This document shows, in pieces, positions 1 to 13,225 of a DNA stretch of 64,000 nucleotides (the first letter of the stretch is position 1; the number at the start of each line of letters is the position of its first letter). This stretch comes from the human T2T-CHM13v2.0 reference genome, Homo sapiens, in the NCBI RefSeq assembly GCF_009914755.1, contig NC_060935.1. The stretch is one strand, 5' to 3'. The notes beneath the pieces were generated by a model. The model saw only the letters and a program-made list of their open reading frames with translations, did no database searches and was not told the origin of the DNA. The position numbers were made by a program, and so were the translations under genes.

Positions 1-917
1 AAACCCCAACTCTACTAAAAATACAAAAATTAGCCGGGTGTAGTGGTGGGTGTCTGTAGTTCCAGCTACTCAGGAGGCTAAGGCGGGAGAATCGCTTGAA
101 CCCAGGAGGCGGAGGTTACAGTGAGCCAAGATCGCACCACTGCACTCCAGCCTGGGCGACAGTCTCAAAAAAAAAAAATTGTTTAAATGTAATGTTTGAG
201 CAGACAGGTTGACCTTGGAGGGAAGAGTTTGGATGACAAGTGTGCTGGTGGCAGGAATGGAGTGGGGTGAGGAGTGAGTGGGTGGTGGGATGGGGACACA
301 GGGAGAGAAGAAGTTTTTGGAGAGAAGATAACACAGTTGGCAGATTCTCTAGAGCCTATCAAGGCATTGCCTTGTGGGATGAAGTCATTATAAATTTGGG
401 GTCTCAAAAAAACAATGGGCATAGGGATCATGCAAATTCCTGAATTTAGGCACAAAGCCTCAGCTGCCCACGTATAAAACAGGCCAGTGTGAAACTCCCA
501 CTTGCCCGTGCTTCTGAGGAGAGTGTCTGTTCATCTGAGGCTAAGGCAACACTGACGTTTATAGCTCCCACTGAAAGCTGATGGTTCTGGCTTTCGAGTC
601 AGGGACCTGTGGTTATCAGCCCTGGGTAAACTTGACAAAAGGAGTGATGGGCAGAATTGCCTGGAGCAGTGATGAGAAAATCCGAAACCAAAAAGGGTAT
701 ATAGGATGACTCCTCCAGGATACTTGGACATGCTCCCGGAGGCTCTGCAGTTAACCTGCCTATAGGAGGGGAGGAGCCTAGGATTCTGTTGCTGACACTC
801 CAGCTTCTGTTGCATCCCCTCCCCACTTTTCCGAAAGGCACAGCAACTCCTTGGGTCATCGTACATTGGCAGGAGGAAGCTGGGTTTGCCATCAGAAAAA
901 GAGGATGACCTCGGTTA

Positions 918-1118
<201 letters not shown>

Positions 1119-1703
1119 TTAAGCCGAGATCGCACCATTGCACTCCAGCCTGGGCAACAAGAGCAAAATTCCATCTCACAAAGAAACACAAACAAAAACA
1201 AAAATAAAACAACAGGAATGCCAACAAGGAAAGCCAGCTCTGGGTCAGCAAGCACACCCTTCTTTGTCCAAAGGGCAGAACACAACACGAGCAGCAGAGA
1301 AGGAGCCCAGGATAACCTGGAGGAAGACATCAGCTGGTGGCTGGAAAGGCTGCTCCAGGGTGTGTCAGGCAAATTAAATGAACTCAGCCAAGACTATTTT
1401 ATAAAATAATAATCATGTCCAATATATTATTCTATTCTACATCTCATAAAGTACTTTCACATACATTATTTCTTCTCATTAATCAATTGAAAGGAACATA
1501 TTCTAGAGTGGCTCCTGGAAGAGAATGGTCTAGATTTATTTGAGCATAGGGAGGATAACAATGTTAGTCCAGCTCAGAAGAAGCAAGTGAGGCTGCCAGG
1601 GTCACCCCAGGCAGACACTCGGCACAGGAATTTCAGCACGGGCCCTTGACCCTAAGATGCACAGGAATGGAACACTCAGGCTTCATTTTAAGCTTTCCCT
1701 GCT

Positions 1704-2276
1704 TGTGAAGGTTAATTTCAGGTGTCAGCTTGACTGGATTAAGGGATACCCAGATAGCTGGTAAACCACTATCTGTGGGTGTGTCTGTGAGGGTGTATTC
1801 AGAAGAGGTTGGCATTTGAATCACTGGGAAGATCCACCCTCACCCAGTGTGGGCCCAATCAGCTGAGGGCCCACGTAGAACAGAAAGGCAGACAAAGGGT
1901 GAATTTGCTCTTGCTGTCTCTCTGCTGGAGCTGGGACACCCTTCTTCTCCTGCCCTAGGCAATAGGAACTTCAGGTTCTCTGGCCTTTGGACTCTGGAAC
2001 ATACATCAGCTGCCTCCCAGTTTCTCAGGCCTTCAGCCTCAGACTTCCATTTCACAATATCAACTTGTCTGGTTCTCAGGCCTTTGGGCTTGGACTGAGA
2101 CACGCTTCAGGCTTCCCTGGTTCTCCAGCTTGCAGCTGGCCTGCCATGGGACTTCTCAGCCTCCATCCTCACATAAGCCAATTCCCCTAACAAATCCCCC
2201 TATATATTTATACAAACATATAGTTATATATAATCTCCTATTGGTTCTGTCTCTCTAGAGAACCCCAACTAATACA
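1704..2276 (+). mobile_element. Solo MLT2-type (HERV-L) LTR
   Basis: TG...CA ends (tgtgaaggttaatttc...ctaataca), MLT2-like body, perfect 5-bp TSD CTGCT at 1699-1703 and 2277-2281. Confidence 0.8.
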
Positions 2277-3573
2277 CTGCTCTACACAGCTCTACAGTAA
2301 TGGAGGTCTAAATGATAAACTAAGTAAAATGTTTGCTAACTACCTGCCATCTCTAATTAGCTACACCATTAGCTAGATCAAATAGCTAATCAACTAGCTA
2401 GACCAACATGCAAAGGAGAGAATCCTCCTCTCATTACACATACTTCTGGAAAGGCTAATAAGTGTAGAAGAAAGAAAAGTGTCAATCGCCTAACTCAGGA
2501 TCAACAAACTTTCTGCAATGGGCCAGGAAGAAAATATGTGAGGCTTTGTAGGCCACCATCGTCTGTTCCAGCTACTCAACCCTGCCACTCTAGGGTGAAA
2601 GCAGCCAGAGACAATATGTAACAAACAAATGAGTGTCAACTAATGAGAAATAAGGGCTGGACATGGTGGCTCATGCCTGTAATCCCAACAATTTGGGAGG
2701 CTGAGGCTGGTGGATCATGAGGTCAGGAGATCGAGACCATCCTGGCCAACATGGTGAAACCCTGTCTCTACTAAAATACAAAAAATTAGCTGGGCATGGT
2801 GGTGCACGCCTGTAGTCCCAGCTACTCAAGAGGCTAAGGCAGGGAAATCACTTGAACCCAGGAGGCAGAGATTGCAGTGAGCCTAGATCATGCCACTGCA
2901 CTCCAGCCTGAGGACAAAGCGAGACTCCGTCTCCCCCGACCAAAAAAAAAAAAAAAACCCTGCAGGGCAGCAAACAAGAGAGGAATTGCAATGCGGGAGA
3001 CACAAATCTAGCAAGCAGCTAAATCATGTTCCCTCCAAGTGAGGTTGAGCAGGAGTTTTAGAGGTTTACTGTAAATTTACACAAGTGGGACAACTTAGCA
3101 TGGTCTATGATTAATGGTGATTGATTGACAGCTTAGAATGTCTCTAGCTGATGATCAGCTTATGTTGGCACAGCTCTCTCCCCAGGAGATTTGTGATCAG
3201 GCCCAATATAAATAGGTTAAACTAAATGTACCTGCTTCTTCAGGATGTTTACAGTTTGGCCCAGTTCCACAGGTGACATTCTGTCTGGGTGTGTATAGGC
3301 CTGGGTCCAACTCTTCCTACCCACCCACCAACTTTTTAGATGCCTCTGACATAGCCATTTCCATCCTGGATTTCCTTTCATATAAATATGTTTGTTTCCC
3401 AAGAAGACTTTATTTCTGAACCCTGAAATTTGATTTCACATAATTTCCATGTGTCAGAAAGTACTGTTCTTCTTTTGATTTTTTTAACCATTTAAAAATA
3501 TAAAATCCAGGGCCGGGCGCGGTGGCTCACGCCTGTAATCCCAGCACTTTGGGAGGCCGAGGCGGGTGGATCA

Positions 3574-3876
<303 letters not shown>

Positions 3877-5068
3877 TTACCTACCTTCAGCAGTGCTCTA
3901 ACAATTGCAGCAGATTATACCCCAGAGGTCGCAGGAGGAAAAGACTTAACCCTGAAGGCAGGCCAGCCGCTGGGAGAGCCAAGAAGAGGCAAAGCTTTAC
4001 GTGCCCTCTAGCCCGCTGCCCACTTCCAGAGCCAGGTAAGTCAGTTCTCCTTCTGAGAAGGTGAGGACTGCCTCCTATGGCTAGATGAAGAGTGATTTCT
4101 ATAAACAGCCCTGGCTCCGGGCAATGTGGGTACCGTCATGACCATCACAAATATGTTTACATTTGCTAAGATCGCAAACAATCTAAACAACCACCGATAG
4201 CGCTGAGACAGAATGGTGTCCAAGATATACTACTGAGTGAGAAGAGGAAATTACAGGTCACCCAGGACATTACGCAAGGCGCACACTATTTGTATCAAAG
4301 AAGGGTGGCCACAGACGGAGGAGGCTCCCACCACAGGCCAACTTCATCATTGCAAAGCCTCCGCCAGCCGATCCCTGGGGAAACAGCGCCTCCTTGGGGC
4401 CAGAGCGCTGTATCTGCACCCCACACCTCCGCATTGGAGGTGTCAGGATGGCTGAGGCCGCCTTGGAGGGTGGCTGCTTCATCTCACCGACCCCTGGTGA
4501 AGACGCTAAGAAATGAGGGTGCTCTAAAAGAAGTCTCTTTGGCTGTTTCGTTTATCCCATCAGAAAAGAACAGAGATTCAAATCTTGCTATCACCATATT
4601 GCCTTTTCATCATCAGGGTTAGCCACAGCACAAGCTATTGAGAAGCTGCTTGGCAAAACTCCTGTGCCCAAGAGGATTGTGTCTTATGGGCTTCAGACAC
4701 AATCTCTGCCAAGGAGAACCTGCAGTCTAGGATGAGGAAACAGTTATAGAGAGTAGATAGATAAAAAGATATAAGTATTTACAAATCCATAGTATAGGGT
4801 TGGTAATAAATTACTAGAACAAACAGGAACTGATTTATTACTTACATCTTAGTTCTTTCCAAAAAAAATTGTGAGTTACAATATGAAACTGCAGAGGATG
4901 TCAAATCATTTAGGGACAGGGAGAGCACGAGGCTTGGAGAAGGAAGGACAGAATTCCATCCCTGGCCCTCTCACTTCACACTTGGTATGACTCTTCACTG
5001 CCCTTTGACCTGGAGTTTTGGGGGCACCAAACTCTAGGTGAAAACCTCTCTATACAATCAACTCAAAC

Positions 5069-5549
5069 TGAGGGAAGAGAGAGACCCTCTCATATTGTTT
5101 TATACTGTTTTATACTCAGTACCTGTTTTAAGAAAAAATGACAAGGAAGTAAAACCAAAGACAGGCAGCCCGGCGCCAGGCCCAAAACCAGTCCTGGGCC
5201 TGCCTGGCCTAAACCCAGTAGTTAAAAATCAACTCACAACTTAGAAACTGATGTTATTCATAGATTCCAGACATTGTATAGAAGAACACTGTGACACTCC
5301 CTGCCCTGTTCTCTTTCTCTCTGACCACCGGTGCATGCAGCCCCTGTCATGTACCACCTGCTTGCTCAAATCAATCACAACCCTTTCATGTGAAATCTTT
5401 AGTGTTGTGAGCCCTTAAAAGGGACAGAAATTGTGCATCGGGGAGCTCAGATTTTAAGGCAGTAGCTTGCCGATGCTCCCAGCTGAATAAAGCCCTTCCT
5501 TCTACTACTCGGTATCTAAGAGGTTTTGTCTGCGGCTCGTCCTGCTACA
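5069..5549 (+). mobile_element. Solo LTR2/LTR2B-like (HERV-E group) LTR
   Basis: Starts tgagggaagagagagaccctctc, ends ggctcgtcctgctaca; AATAAA near 5486; 4-bp TSD AAAC on both sides. Confidence 0.8.
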
Positions 5550-5881
5550 AAACCTCTTGGTATGATACTCAAGACTAATATTAAAACTGATATTAATCAT
5601 CCTCCAGGAACTAAGTGGGGTAAGTCAGGAAGTCAGATGTTTATGAAATTATCTCTAAAACAAAAATGACTAGTAAAAGGTTTGAGAACTAGGTGATGAG
5701 ATAATCTGTACAACAAACCCCTATGACACAAGTTTACTTGTGTGACAAACCTGCAGTTGTACCCCTGAACTTAAAATAAAAGTTAAAAACAAAAAAGGTA
5801 CATTAGAACTAGCCCTTTAAAATCTGAACATGATTTTTTAAATATATTAAGTACTTTGAGAATTTTACTTAGAAGGTTCTT

Positions 5882-6848
5882 TGTGGGGAAAAGAGAGATG
5901 AGACTGTTACTGTGTCTACGGAGAAAGAAGTAGACATAAGAGACTCCATTTTGTTCTGTACTAAGAAAAATTCTTCTGCCTTGAGATGCTGTTAATCTGT
6001 AACCCTACCCCTAACCCTGTGCTCCCTGAAACATGTGCTGTGTCAACTCAAGGTTAAATGGATTAAGGGCTGTGCAGGGTGTGCTTTGTTAAACAAATGC
6101 TTGAAGGCAGCACGCTTGTTAAGAGTCATCACCACTCCCTAATCTCAAGTACCCAGGGACACAATACACTGCGGAAGGCCACAGGGACCTCTGCCTAGGA
6201 AGGCCAGGTATTGTCCAAGGTTTCTTTCCACGTGATAGTCTGAAATATGGCCTCATGGGAAGGGAAAGACCTGACCGTACCCCAGCCTGACACCTGTAAA
6301 GCATCTGTGCTGAGGAGGATTAGTAAAAGAGGAAGGCCTCTTTGCAGTTGAGATAAGAGGAAGGCATCTGTCTCCAGCTCGTCCCTGGGCAATGGAATGT
6401 CTCGGTGTAAAACCCAATTGTATATTCCATCTACTGAGATAGGAGAAAACCGCCTTAGGGCTGGAGTTGGCACATGCTGGCAGCAATACTGCTCTTTAAG
6501 GCATTGAGATGTTTATGTATACGCACATCAAAAGCACAGCACTTTTTTCTTTACCTTGTTTATGATGCAGAGACATCTGTTCACAGGTTTTCCTGCTGAC
6601 CTTCTCTCCACTATTACCCTATTGTCCTGCCACATTCCCCTCTCCAAGAAATGCCCAATAATGATCAATAAATACTAAGGGAACTCAGAGACTGGTGCCA
6701 GCGCGGGTCCTCCGTATGCTGAGTGCCAGTTCCCTGGGCCCACTTTTCTTTCTCTATACTTTGTCTCTGTGTCTCTTTCTTTTCTCAAGTCTTTCATTCC
6801 ACCCGATGAGAAACACCAACAGGTGTGGAGGGGCAGGCCACCCTTTCA
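5882..6848 (+). mobile_element. Solo HERV-K(HML-2) LTR5 (older LTR5A/B type)
   Basis: 967 bp, tgtggggaaaag...gccaccctttca, typical LTR5 body with AATAAA in atgatcaataaatac; perfect 6-bp TSD GTTCTT (5876-5881, 6849-6854). Confidence 0.95.
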
Positions 6849-7158
6849 GTTCTTCACTTAATCCAAGCACGTTTTTCTGAAGAAAACAGCACAGGCAACA
6901 TCATAGCAAAATAGGCGAATGAAAAGTGACAGTACTCTGGAAGAGAACCATCATTATCAAGAAAATTTGGGCCGGGCACAGCAGCTCACGCCTGTAATCC
7001 CAACACTTTGGGAGGCCACGGCGGGCGGAGGCCGAGGCGGGCGGGTCACCTGAGATAAGGAGTTCAAGACCAGCCTGGCCAACATGGCGAAACTCTGTCT
7101 CCGCTAAAAAATACAAAAATTAGTTGGGTGTGGTGGCAGGGGCCTGTAATCTCAGCTA

Positions 7159-7351
<193 letters not shown>

Positions 7352-8431
7352 TTATATGATTAAAGAAGCTTTTTTAAAATAATTCTTTAGAGAATCCTAT
7401 ATAATCAGTGTAGACAGAATGATAGAAAGTCTCCTTTTGCACATGTTGTCATTTGTTTCATACTAATTATTGCCAGGCACAAAGTGTGAGGATTTATAGT
7501 CCAAGCTATATAGAAATGTCATTATTAATAAATAATGCTTCACAATAACAACAACAAAAGAATGACTAGTGAAGTCTATAACAACAGTTATGTGGAAAGT
7601 GCTGGGCCAGGCACGGTGGCTCATGCCTGTAATTCCAGCACTTGGGAGGCTGAGACGCATGGATCACCTGAGGTCAGGAGTTCCAGACCAGCCTGCCCAA
7701 CATAGTGAAACCCCATCTCTATTAAAACTATAAAAATTAGCCAGGCATGGTGGCGGGCGCCTGTAGTCCCAGCTACTCAAGAGGGTGAGGCAGGAGAATG
7801 GCTTGAACCTGGGAGGGGGAGGTTGCAGAGATCCAAGATTGTGCCACTGCACTCCAGCCTGGGCAACAAAAGCGAAACTCCATCTCAAAAAAAAAAAAAA
7901 AAAAAAGAAAGGAAGGAAGTACTGAAAAAAGCGCTAAAGGAGCTATGATTTTGACTCAGTAGGAACTGAGTTAGGCCTCTTGGAACAGATGAACTATGAT
8001 CTTGGGAGAAAGCGGTTCCCAGCAAAGTAAAGGCCTAGAGGAGAAGCCACACATGGTCCCTCAGAAGAATGGATGTCAAATCAGTGTGGCAAGAACATAA
8101 AGTACACAGAGGGGAGAGGGAGGCAATGGAAGAAAAGTATGGAAAGGTACTTAAGGCTAAACCTAGGAGGACTCTGAGCGCTCCTTTTTTATATGAGTTT
8201 TATTCTAGAGATAGTCAGAAATTATAGAAGGCTTTCGAACAAAATTAGCACACGCTCAGGCATGTGCTAAAGCATAGAACAATTATTCTGTTAGGGAGTC
8301 ACTTGAGGACATTCTCCAGCAAAATGATGAAGTAAATCAAAAATGTAAGATTCATGTGTTGGCTGGGCATGGTGGCTCACACCTGTAATCCCAGCACTTT
8401 GGGAGACCAAAGCGGATAGATCACAAAGTCA

Positions 8432-8810
<379 letters not shown>

Positions 8811-10136
8811 ATCCAGAAGGTGCTGGATCCAACTGTTAAGAAAAATGAGGAGAGGTCTTCAGGAGAGAGTAGTCAACAGACCTGGGGAACAATCAATAAT
8901 ATGAACATGGAAAGAAAAGAGAAGGAATCCAAGGAAAGGAGAGGACCCTGGCCATTTTCTACTACACTCGGGAATGGCAACAAATTAAAGACCTGCTTTG
9001 GGAGGCCAAGGCGGGCAGATTGCTTTGAGCTCACGAGTTCAAGACCAGCCTGGGCAGCATGGCAAAACTCTATCTCTACAAAAAACACAAAAATTAGCCG
9101 GGTGTGATGGTGTGCACCTGTAGTCCCAGGTACTCAGGAGGCTGGGGTGGGAGGATGGCTTGAACCCAGGAGGCGGAGGTTGCATTGAGCCGTGATCACG
9201 CCACTGTGCTCCAGTCTGGGTGATAGAGCCAAACCTTGTCTCAAAAAAAAAAAAAAAAAAAAATTAAAGATCTGATAAGGCAGATAATGAAAGAAGAAAA
9301 GAAACATTGCACACTTACAAAGAATCAGGTGAAAAGAAAGAAATTTTTTAAAAAAGAAAAAAAATGAACAGAACCCAGGGATGGGGAAACACTACGCCCA
9401 ACAAAAACTATCATCATCATGGATGATCTGAATCTGCAGTGCATGCATTTTACACAGTCTCAATAGTGCAAACACAAGTTATTTATCTCTGACTTCTAGA
9501 GTCCACCTATGGCCCAATCACATAAGACTTAACTGTACAGTAGTTCCATATCCAAGGAGGAAAGAGTTCCATATAAAGGGGAAAGAAATGAAGGGAAGGA
9601 AACAACACCAATATCCTGCTCTTACAATGTGGAAAGGCAAGAGATATTGTTTCTAGTTGATAGAACTAGAAATTAAGAGTAAGTTTATTACTTAAATTTC
9701 CAATGATAGGCCGGGCACAGTGGCTCATGCCTGTAATCCCAGCACTGTGGAAGGCCAAGGCGGGTGGATCATGTGGTCAGGAGATTGAGACAATCCTGGC
9801 TAACACGGTGAAACCCCGTCTCTACTAAAAATACAAAAATTAGCTACAGGCACTGAGGTGCTGAGGCCTCCCAAAGCAGCTACAGGGAGGCTGAGGCAGA
9901 AGAATCGCTTGAACCCAGGAGGAGGAGGTTGCAGTGAGCCAAGATCGTGCCACTGCACTCCAGCCTTGGTGACACAGCAAGATTCCGTCTCAAAAAAAAA
10001 AAAAAAAAAAAGAATAAAGCAGAAAAGGAGAAGCAGTAAATGAGCCAATCTGCATCTAGCCAACCAAGAAGTCAGTAAGTAATGTTAAATCAGGGAATTG
10101 TGGGTGTATACATTTATCTGTAAAAGATGTGGTGCA

Positions 10137-11450
10137 GCTTTTCCCTGGTGTCATTCCAACCTGTGTGGCTGTTCTCTTGAGCAGTGGTCGTTTATCTCCA
10201 TCCACCTTCTCTCCCACCTAAGTGCGTGCCACCACCCGATGGAAGATTCGATGGACATGGACATGAGCCCCCTGAGACCCCAGAACTATCTTTTCAGTTG
10301 TGAACTTAAAGGCCAACAAAGATGATCACTTTAAGGTGGATAATGATGAAGATGAGCACCAGCTATCTTTAAGAATGGTCAGTTTAGGGCTGGTGCAAAG
10401 GATGAATGGCACACTGTTGAAGCAGAGGCAATGAATTACGAAGGCAGTCCAATTAAAGTAACACTGGCAACTTTGAAAATGTCTGTACAGCCAATGGTTT
10501 CCCTTGGGGGCTTTGAAATAACACCACCAGTGTCTTACGGTTGACGTGTGGCTCAGGGCTAGGGCATATTAGTGGACAGCACTTAGTAGCTGTGGAGGAA
10601 GATGCAAGAAAAGATGAAGAGGAGGAGGATGTGAAACTCTTAAGTGTATCTGGAAAGCGATCAGCCCCTGGAGGTGGTAGCAAGGTTCCACAGAAAAAAG
10701 TAAAACTTGCTGCCGATGAAGATGATGATTATGAAGATGATGATGATGATGAAGATGATGATGATGATGATGATGATTTTGATGATAAGGAAACCAAAGA
10801 AAAAGCACCAGTGAAGCAATCTATATGAGATACTCCAGCCAAAAATGCACAAAAGTCAAATCAGAATGGAAAAGACTCAAAGCCATCGTCAACACCAAGA
10901 TCAAAAAGACAAGAATCCTTCAAAAAACAGGAAAAAACTCCTAAAATACCAAAAGGACCTAGTTCTGTAGAAGACGTTAAAGCAAACATGCAAGCAAGGA
11001 TAGAAAAAGGTGGTTCTCTTCCCAAAGTGGAAGCCAAGTTCATCAATTATGTGAAGAACTGCTTCCGGATGACTGCTATTCAAGATCTCTGACAGTGGAG
11101 GAAGTCTCTTTAAGAAAATAGTCTAAACAGTTTGTTAAAAATTTTCCATCTTATTTCATTTTGGTAACAGTTGATATCTGGCTGTCCTTTTTGTAATGCA
11201 GAGTGAGAACTTTCCCTACCGTGTTTGATAAATGTTGTCCAGGTTCCATTGCCAAGAATGTGTTGTTGAAAATGTCTGTTTAGTTTTTAAAGATGGAACT
11301 CCACCCTTTGCTTGGTTTTAAGTAGGTATGGAATGTTATGATAGGACTAAGTAGTAGCGGTGGTCAGACATGGAAATGGTGGGGAGACAAAAACATACAT
11401 GTGAAATAAAATTCAGTATTTTAATAAAGTAAAAAAAGAGAGAGAGAGAG
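10137..11450 (+). pseudogene. NPM1 (nucleophosmin) processed pseudogene, full length
   Basis: ATG at 10239 gives [19 protein letters not shown]; acidic tracts, [26 protein letters not shown]; intronless with frameshifts/stops; stop at 11111-11113; 3' UTR, AATAAA and A/GA tail; TSD agatgtggtgca at 10125-10136 and 11451-11462. Confidence 0.97.
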
Positions 11451-12117
11451 AGATGTGGTGCAATCTCCCAGAAGATATAACCAAAAGTTGTAAAGTGGCT
11501 GCCCCTAGGTAGAAATGCCAGCACTGGGAGGTGGGGGGAGTAGGGAGTGGTGATGGGGGAGAGAAGACTATACCTTTCATTTTAAATTATTTTGTGCCAT
11601 TTCATTTTTTAACTATATGCAATGGAATAAAATTATGTGCTTTTCCTCTCTCCTGTATTTCTCTTCATATCATGACTCTCCTCCCAATGAGACTTCCAGA
11701 CTTCAGTTTTGTGTGTGTGGTTTTTTTGTTTTGTTTTGTTTTTGAGACAGGGTCCAACTCTGTCACCCAGGTTGGAGCCCAGTGGTGTGATCTCAGCTCA
11801 TGCAACCTCTACCTCCCAGACTCAAGCAATCCTCCCACCTCAGCCTCCTGAATAGCTGGAATTACAGGTGTATGCCACCACGTCCGGCTAATTTTTTTGT
11901 GTTTTTGGTAGAGATGGGGTTTTGCCAGGTTGCCCAGGCTGGTCTTGAACTCCTGAGGTCAGGAAATCCACCTGCCTCTGTTTCCCAAAGTGCTGGGATT
12001 ACAGGCATGAACCACTATGTCCAGCCATTGATTTTGAGTTTAAAAGAGACAGCCCAGATATAAATCAAAATATTTATAGGAATCCAAATTCAAGCACCCA
12101 TACATGTTCCACCCTAA

Positions 12118-13225
12118 TGAAACGGGAAAAGTTCCTTATCCCCCTTGCAGGGCATGCAACAGGGGGAGTGGCTCGCTTCATCAGTGCCCCACTGCTCAAA
12201 CCTCTAGGGGAAGCATACAGATGGGCAGATTGTGGGGCTCTGACCCCTCGGCAGCACCTGGGGTGAATGCTTACAGCTCCCGAAGCCCCAGTGGGCGTGT
12301 GTTACAGGGTGCTCTTTTAGTTTTGCCATCCACAGGCAGCTTGTGTTAATCACCTCTATTAGACCTTCTGCCTTATCACAAGGACAGAGGGCTTTCTGTA
12401 TCCCTGGGTTCCTGCCTTGGTGTACCAGAAGTATCGGATCACACATGGGCTTAGAGAATGAGTGCAAGGTTTTTTACTGAGGAGTAGCTCTCAGCGAGGC
12501 CAGAAGGGGGATGGAGTGGAAAGGTGGTTTTCCCTGCCGAGCCGGGCTGCCCAGTGGCCAGGCTCTCCTCCGACTGCCCCGGCCAAACTCCACCATGGCT
12601 CCACTGCTCGATGGCCTGCCGGCATCTGTTGGCACCTGTCAGTGTGCTCTTCCACCAACGTGCTCCTCTCGGCGTCCAGCCGCTTGTGTGCCTGCCCCCT
12701 ACGATCTTGAGGTGTTTTTTTGTTTTGTTTTGTTTTGTTTTGTTTTGTTTTTGAGATGGAGTCTCGCTCTGTCATTCAGGCTGGAGTGCATTGGCATGAT
12801 CTCAGCTCACTGCAACCTCCACCTCCCGGGTTCAAGCATCCTCCTGCCTCAGCCTCTTGAATAGCTGGGATTACAGGCACGTGCCACCACCCCCGGCTAA
12901 TTTTTTGTCTTTTTAGTAGAGACAGAGTTTCACCGTGGTAGCCAGGATGGTCTCGATCTCCTGACCTCATGATCCACCCGCCTCGGCCTCCCAAAGTGCT
13001 GGGATTTCAGACTTGAGCCACCGCGCGCGGCTGGGTCTCGAGGTTTTTATGGGCACAGGATGGGGGCGTGGTGGGCCAGAGTGGTCTTGGAAAATGCAAC
13101 ATTTAGGCCTGAAGGCAGGAGTGCCTGTCCTCACCTAGGTCCATGGGCACAGGCCCAGGGGTGGAGCCCTAGCCAGGGACCATGCCCTTCTCTACCCAGC
13201 ACTTCCCTGCCCCCATCCCATATCA
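12118..13225 (-). mobile_element. Solo ERV1 LTR (LTR1/LTR27/LTR28-like) with an inserted antisense Alu (~12716-13032)
   Basis: TG...CA ends, 4-bp TSD CTAA (12114-12117, 13226-13229); Alu flanked by tct(t/c)gaggt repeats. Confidence 0.7.

Noticed and set aside
10569-10852. Poly-His and poly-Ile ORFs on the minus strand
   Set aside because: Antisense readings of the NPM1 (GAT)n acidic tract.
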